Assembly: GCA_018263575.1 (NCBI GenBank)
Contig: JAANWX010000004.1
Location: 39,464 to 103,463 of the forward strand
Direction: 5' to 3'
DNA from: Chloroflexota bacterium
GTDB taxonomy: Bacteria > Chloroflexota > Anaerolineae > Anaerolineales > UBA11858
Length of the DNA: 64,000 bases
The notes beneath the pieces were generated by a model, which saw nothing but the letters and a program-made list of their open reading frames with translations, did no database searches and was not told where the DNA came from. A program made the translations under genes and the position numbers. Each line of letters begins with the position of its first letter. Within the stretch, counting starts at the first letter, position 1. Below, piece after piece: positions 59,279-64,000 of the stretch.

Positions 59279-59552
59279 GGCGGCGACGAGCAGACGGGCT
59301 AGATACCAACCCCATTCGTGTCAAACCAAAGCACACCAACAAAGAAAGGGCCAAGGTGAAGACAAAACTCAACCCGGCCAGGGGTATTGGTCCCCAGGGT
59401 TGTTTCTCCTGACGATCAATAAGGGATAAAAAGTTATTGTTTCTTCCATAATTTATTTTCTATTTGACCTACTTGACTAATGGATATCTTCTACGGCTAT
59501 GGATTTTACCATCCTCCATGGGCGGTGAATAGAGTTTGGCTCATATGTGCGG

Positions 59553-59825
59553 TCACGAATGCCTCCGCCGCAACTCGGCCTTAACCTCGTCCAACGTCAC
59601 CCCATGGGCGGACAAAAGCACCAGGGTGTGATAGAACAAATCAGCCGTTTCTTCAATAAGGCGCTGGTCACCCTGGCCCTTGGCGGCCAAAATGACCTCA
59701 ACGGCCTCTTCGCCCACCTTTTGTAAAATTGTATCGTCCCCCGCCGCCAGGAGACGCGCGGTATACGAGCCTTCTGGGGTGTTTGCTTTTCGCTCTTCGA
59801 TGATGGTAAATAATTGATCAAGCAT
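59553..59825 (-). CDS. hisE: Phosphoribosyl-ATP pyrophosphatase
   Basis: 90 aa. SYTARLL...KVGEEAVEV...[13 protein letters not shown] pattern. Confidence 0.9.
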   Translation of the reverse strand: MLDQLFTIIEERKANTPEGSYTARLLAAGDDTILQKVGEEAVEVILAAKGQGDQRLIEETADLFYHTLVLLSAHGVTLDEVKAELRRRHS

Positions 59826-60159
59826 CCTTTTCCTCTTCTTTCTTTTTATTCCAAAATTCCCGATAAAAGCACGAACGCGCCCCTGTGTGGCAAGCCGGCC
59901 CAGCCGGGTTCACCTTGAGCAGAAGCGTGTCCGCGTCACAATCGACTCGGATTTGGCGCACGCGCATAAAGTTCCCCGATGTGGCGCCCTTATGCCATAA
60001 TTCCTGACGGCTGCGGCTCCAAAAATGAGCGTCGCCGGTTTCTTGGGTCAAGCGCAGGGCTTCCGCGTTCATCCAGGCCACCATAAGCACCTGACTGGTC
60101 TCGGCATCCTGAACGACAGCCGGAATCAGGCCGCGTTGGTCATAGTTAACGTTTATCAT
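59818..60159 (-). CDS. hisI: Phosphoribosyl-AMP cyclohydrolase
   Basis: [38 protein letters not shown]. 8-nt overlap with hisE. Confidence 0.9.
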   Translation of the reverse strand: MINVNYDQRGLIPAVVQDAETSQVLMVAWMNAEALRLTQETGDAHFWSRSRQELWHKGATSGNFMRVRQIRVDCDADTLLLKVNPAGPACHTGARSCFYREFWNKKKEEEKDA

Positions 60160-60178
60160 TACTCCTCACTCCTTACTC

Positions 60179-60333
60179 AATGTCATTAAGTTAGCTCGGT
60201 TGTAGACCTGACAGGTTTCCCGACGCGACATTTTTAACTCGATTCGGTGCAACCAAGAGCATATTTCTGTCTAAAAGTGTGCTCTGAAACCTGTCAGGTC
60301 TGGGCCAAAAACCTTAACTAAATAACATTGATC
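60179..60333. mobile_element. MITE family E, copy 2 (155 bp), between purH and hisI
   Basis: About 95% identical to 16274-16429. Flanked by CCTTACTC at 60171-60178 and 60334-60341. Confidence 0.85.
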
Positions 60334-60347
60334 CCTTACTCATCACG

Positions 60348-61877
60348 TTAGTGTCGAAAATGGCGCAGGCCGGTCATAACCATGGCCAAACCCAGCTCGT
60401 CCGCGGCGGCAATGACACTTTCATCACGCACAGAACCGCCGGGTTGTACCACAGCGCTGACGCCCAGTTCCGCGGCGACTTCGAGGCCATCGGGGAAGGG
60501 GAAAAAAGCGTCCGAGGCCAGCACCGACCCTTCCGCCCGCTCCCCGGCTCGGCGGCCGGCCATGCGCACACAATCTACCCGGTTGGGTTGTCCCCCGCCC
60601 ACGCCGACCGTGAAGCGGGCACCCCCTTCTTTTTTGGCCAGCAAAACAGCGTTGGATTTGACCGGCTGCACAGCCTGCCAGGCGAAACGCAAGGCCGCCA
60701 TCTCGTTCTGGTTGGGTGCCCGCTGGGTGACCACGCGCCAAGGCGGCGCATCGGCTGGGTCACCGGCGTCAACCTCTTGGCGCAGGAATCCGCCCACCAC
60801 AGAACGCAATTCGTAGTCAGCGATGGGGGATTCCAGGGGAACTTCTAAGAGGCGTGCATTCACCTTGGCGGCCAGCAGCGTCTGTGCCTTGGCGCTGAAT
60901 CCGGGCGCGACCAGGCACTCCACAAAAAGATCACCCAAACCACGCACAAAGGCCGCGTTGATGGGACGATTGGCGGCGATCACGCTCCCAAAGGCGGAAA
61001 CGGGATCGGAAGCGATGGCGGGACGAATGGCCTGCTCCACACGCGGGGCGACAGCGATCCCGCAGGGGCTGACGTGCTTGACGACCACGGCGACAGGGGG
61101 CTTAAAACTGATGGCCGCACGCCAGGCGGCATCTAAATCAAGCAGGTTGTTGTAGGAAAGTGGTTTACCCTGCAACAAGGTGCCGCCCAAGGGTCCCCCG
61201 CCAGGCTGTGTGCCGTAATAGGCCGCCTCTTGGTGGGGGTTTTCGCCGTAGCGCAATTGTTGGATGGGATAAAGCCGCATATTGAGCGCGGCATCGTCAG
61301 ATTGATCGGTAAGGTAGGCAGCGATGGCGGTGTCATAATCACGCGTGAGGGCAAAGGCCTTCTCGGCCAGGCGGCGGCGCAGGGCTAGGCTGGTTGTGCC
61401 CGTGGTTTCCAAAGCGGCCCGAACGCGATCATAGTCGGCAAGGTCGGTCAACACGGTGACGCGCTGAAAATTCTTGGCTGCCGCCCGGATCATGGTCACC
61501 CCGCCGATGTCAATCTGCTCAATGGCCTCCTCCAGGGTGACATCGGGATTGGCAATGGTTTCTCGGAAAGGGTATAAATTACAAACCACCAGATCAATGG
61601 GTTCGGCCTGAACCCGCTCAAGATCAGCGGCATCGTCGGCTGTATCGCGGGCCAGCAAGCCGCCATGAATGACGGGATGGAGCGTTTTCACACGTCCGCC
61701 CAAAATTTCTGGGGAGCGTGTCACGTCACTGACCGCGGTGACCTCCAGGCCGGCTTGACACAAGGTGCGGGCCGTTCCACCGCTGGCTACCAGACGCCAA
61801 TTTTTAGCGGCCAGGGCCTGGGCAAAGGGCACCAGTCCGTTTTTATCCCAAACTGATACTAAGGCTGTTTTTGTCAT
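60348..61877 (-). CDS. purH: Bifunctional AICAR transformylase / IMP cyclohydrolase
   Basis: ATG 61877 after GGAG. N-terminus ALVSVWDKNGL (MGS-like). C-terminal GGGQPNRV and GGSVRD motifs. Confidence 0.93.
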   Translation of the reverse strand: MTKTALVSVWDKNGLVPFAQALAAKNWRLVASGGTARTLCQAGLEVTAVSDVTRSPEILGGRVKTLHPVIHGGLLARDTADDAADLERVQAEPIDLVVCNLYPFRETIANPDVTLEEAIEQIDIGGVTMIRAAAKNFQRVTVLTDLADYDRVRAALETTGTTSLALRRRLAEKAFALTRDYDTAIAAYLTDQSDDAALNMRLYPIQQLRYGENPHQEAAYYGTQPGGGPLGGTLLQGKPLSYNNLLDLDAAWRAAISFKPPVAVVVKHVSPCGIAVAPRVEQAIRPAIASDPVSAFGSVIAANRPINAAFVRGLGDLFVECLVAPGFSAKAQTLLAAKVNARLLEVPLESPIADYELRSVVGGFLRQEVDAGDPADAPPWRVVTQRAPNQNEMAALRFAWQAVQPVKSNAVLLAKKEGGARFTVGVGGGQPNRVDCVRMAGRRAGERAEGSVLASDAFFPFPDGLEVAAELGVSAVVQPGGSVRDESVIAAADELGLAMVMTGLRHFRH

Positions 61878-61900
61878 ATTTTTTCTCCGTTTTATAACCA

Positions 61901-62680
61901 TCACCAGCGCTCGCGAATTTTGATGCCACGCGCTGCTAAATATCGTTTGATTTCGCCGACTGTGTACTCGTTGTAGTGCAACATGGAGGCGATCAGGGCC
62001 GCGTCAGCGTTACCTTCGGTGAGGACTTCGTAAAGATGTTCGGGCGTGCCGCCCCCACCGGAGGCGATAACGGGAATCCGCACCGCGTCGGCGATCAGGC
62101 GCGTCAGGCGCACTTCGTAGCCTTCCTTGGTGCCGTCAGCGTCAATGGAGTTGACCACGATCTCACCCGCGCCCAAGTCTTCGCCGCGCTTAGCCCACTG
62201 AATAGCGTCCACGCCCATGGCCTTTCGCCCCCCGTGGATGATGATTTCATAGCCGGAGGGAATTTCCGGGGTAGGCTTCACGCGAAGAACGTCCATGGAA
62301 AGCACCACGGCCTGGGCACCAAAGGCCCGTGAGGCCTGGGCGATCAGGTCGGGATTTTTCACGGCCGCGCTATTGACGTTGACCTTTTCCGCGCCAGCCA
62401 GGAGCACCGCCGCGCAATCGTCCACGCTGCGCAATCCGCCGCCGACGGAAAAGGGAATGAAGACTTGTTCCGCTACCTGGCTGACCACATCAAGCATAAT
62501 CTGGCGTTTCTCGTTGGAAGCGGTGATGTCGTAAAAGACCAATTCGTCCAGGCCTTCTTGATAGTATTTTTTAGCGCGGGCAACGGGGTCGCCAATGTCT
62601 TTGGTATCGACAAATTTGATACTTTTGGCGAGGTTGCCGTCGCGCACATCGAGACAGGAAATAATTCGTTTGCTTAGCAT
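61901..62680 (-). CDS. hisF: Imidazole glycerol phosphate synthase, cyclase subunit
   Basis: [36 protein letters not shown]. Confidence 0.95.
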   Translation of the reverse strand: MLSKRIISCLDVRDGNLAKSIKFVDTKDIGDPVARAKKYYQEGLDELVFYDITASNEKRQIMLDVVSQVAEQVFIPFSVGGGLRSVDDCAAVLLAGAEKVNVNSAAVKNPDLIAQASRAFGAQAVVLSMDVLRVKPTPEIPSGYEIIIHGGRKAMGVDAIQWAKRGEDLGAGEIVVNSIDADGTKEGYEVRLTRLIADAVRIPVIASGGGGTPEHLYEVLTEGNADAALIASMLHYNEYTVGEIKRYLAARGIKIRERW

Positions 62681-62752
62681 AGGGATGAGGTGATGAGGTG
62701 ATGAGGGATGAGGTAATGAGGGGCGAGGTGATGAGGGATAGGGTGATGTGGG
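62681..62752. repeat. Heptamer tandem array (GATGAGG/GTGATGA units)
   Basis: About 10 degenerate 7-nt units fill the hisH-hisF intergenic space. Confidence 0.85.
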
Positions 62753-62760
62753 AGCATGCG

Positions 62761-63372
62761 TTAGGGGGTCCAGGAGGCGAAGTTTTTGAGGAGGGTCAGG
62801 CCAATGCGGCCGCTTTTTTCGGTATGGAATTGAACGGCGAAAAGATTATCACGCCCGACCGCGGCGGGAAACTCCCGTTCGTAGGTGGCCGTGGCGTAAA
62901 CGTCATCCGCCTGCTCCGGTTGGGGATAGTAAGAATGAACAAAATAAAATTCATCACCCGGCTGGAGGTCTTGGAGAACAGCGTGGGGCTGTCGGACGTC
63001 AACCGCGTTCCAACCCATGTGGGGGACGGTTAGGCGCGGATCGTCCAAGGTAAAGCGCGGACAGGTTCCCGGGAGGAGGTCCAAACAGGGGGTATCCCCT
63101 TCCTCGGAATGAGAGAGAATAATTTGAGCGCCAATGCAAATGCCCAAGATGGGCACGCCGCGCGCAAAGGCCGCGCGCAAAGCGTCGTCCAAGCCGCGCT
63201 CCTGCAAGACTCGCATGGCCGCGCCCGCGTGTCCCACACCGGGGAAGATAATCCGCTCGGCGCGGCGAACCACCTCCGGATCCGGCGTGATCTGCGCCGC
63301 AAGGCCCAAATGGCCCAAAGCGCGCCTGACCGACGTCAGGTTGCCGGCTTTATAGTCAATGATCGTAATCAT
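62761..63372 (-). CDS. hisH: Imidazole glycerol phosphate synthase, glutaminase subunit
   Basis: Class I GATase: PGVGHAG, nucleophile GICIGAQ, FVHSYY. Confidence 0.93.
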   Translation of the reverse strand: MITIIDYKAGNLTSVRRALGHLGLAAQITPDPEVVRRAERIIFPGVGHAGAAMRVLQERGLDDALRAAFARGVPILGICIGAQIILSHSEEGDTPCLDLLPGTCPRFTLDDPRLTVPHMGWNAVDVRQPHAVLQDLQPGDEFYFVHSYYPQPEQADDVYATATYEREFPAAVGRDNLFAVQFHTEKSGRIGLTLLKNFASWTP

Positions 63373-63390
63373 AAAATTCTCCCTTACTTT

Positions 63391-64000
63391 TTACTCGTTA
63401 CTCATCACATCGAAAGCTTCACTAAGCGAAAAGTTGCTCTCGTATAAAGCGCGGCCAATGATGAGGCCAGATAGGTTCGCGGCATGGGCTCGGCGAACAT
63501 CGTCCAACGTAGCCACACCGCCGGAGGCCACCACGTTCAACCCCGAGGCCTCCGCCAGGTCGGCGGTAGCGGCTACGTTGAGGCCGGTCTGCATCCCATC
63601 GCGAGCCACATCGGTGAAGTTGCACCACACCAGCCCGCGAGCGTGCAAATCGCGCGCCAAGTCCAGAGCGCTGACGCCGGCAGATTTGGACCAGCCCCGC
63701 ACCATGACCTGGCCGTCGCGGGCGTCGATGCCCACGGCTATTCGTTCCGGGCCAAAGGTGTCCAAGGCCCAATCCACCAGGGATGGGTTTTCAATGGCCG
63801 CGGTACCGACCACGGCGCGGCTAATCCCGGCCTCGAAGGCGGCCCGCAAATTCGATTTTCCACGCAAGCCACCGCCAAATTGTACCTTGACGCCCGTGCC
63901 AAGAATCTGGTTCAAGACAGCCAAGTTATTCGCCGAGGCCTGACCAAAAGCGCCGTCTAAATTGATCACGTGGAGCCATTGTGCGCCTTCGGCCATCCAG
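63391..64000 (-). CDS. hisA: ProFAR isomerase HisA (5' end beyond the window)
   Basis: LHVINLDGAFG, GGGLR, ASGGV motifs. The frame is open to the window edge, so the ATG at 63996 is probably internal. Confidence 0.85.
   Translation of the reverse strand, partial: WMAEGAQWLHVINLDGAFGQASANNLAVLNQILGTGVKVQFGGGLRGKSNLRAAFEAGISRAVVGTAAIENPSLVDWALDTFGPERIAVGIDARDGQVMVRGWSKSAGVSALDLARDLHARGLVWCNFTDVARDGMQTGLNVAATADLAEASGLNVVASGGVATLDDVRRAHAANLSGLIIGRALYESNFSLSEAFDVMSNE

Noticed and set aside
62698-63033. 111-aa ORF starting [17 protein letters not shown]
   Set aside because: The N-terminus is a translation of the heptamer array and the remainder is antisense to hisH.

Overview
This is a 64-kb chromosomal segment of an anaerobic Chloroflexota bacterium. 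The 16S rRNA has Anaerolineae-type signatures such as CCTACGGGTGGCAGCAG and GGATTAGAAACCCCGGTAGTCC. All calls below come from reading the sequence and recognising motifs by eye; no database or HMM search was run.

The content is mostly housekeeping:
- Replication and repair: valS, mutS, a family-4 UDG, dnaX-ybaB-recR, dinB, sbcD, ftsK and comEC.
- A complete rRNA operon: 16S, tRNA-Ile(GAT), tRNA-Ala(TGC), 23S and 5S.
- Anaerobic redox enzymes: pyruvate:ferredoxin oxidoreductase, a tungsten-type aldehyde:ferredoxin oxidoreductase and a membrane-anchored reductive-dehalogenase-like protein.
- menA plus a second UbiA-family prenyltransferase, a NitT/TauT-type ABC transporter, and galE, terC and cobO.
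- The distal part of a his operon, in the order hisA-hisH-hisF-purH-hisI-hisE.
- Several secreted proteins and lipoproteins with Pro/Thr-rich linkers.

The most distinctive property is in the non-coding DNA. Almost every intergenic gap carries members of small dispersed repeat families (MITE-like elements, REP-like hairpins) and/or short tandem arrays with 7-nt periodicity, resembling cyanobacterial STRR repeats.

I do not see a complete, clear-cut new multi-gene system. The best leads are:
1. An A9 slippery run in dnaX with stops close behind it in both alternative frames, implying tau/gamma production.
2. An in-frame REP-like tandem insertion in valS.
3. An NfeD protease translationally coupled to an RdhA-like protein that has three N-terminal TM helices, with no stomatin, no TAT signal and no rdhB.
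4. A lower-GC orphan AAA ATPase followed by a 23-codon stump of a Toprim-like partner gene.
5. A signal-less lysin with two catalytic domains, tightly coupled to an sbcD that lacks sbcC, with a PD-(D/E)XK-like gene downstream.
6. MITEs sitting inside operons and mRNA leaders.
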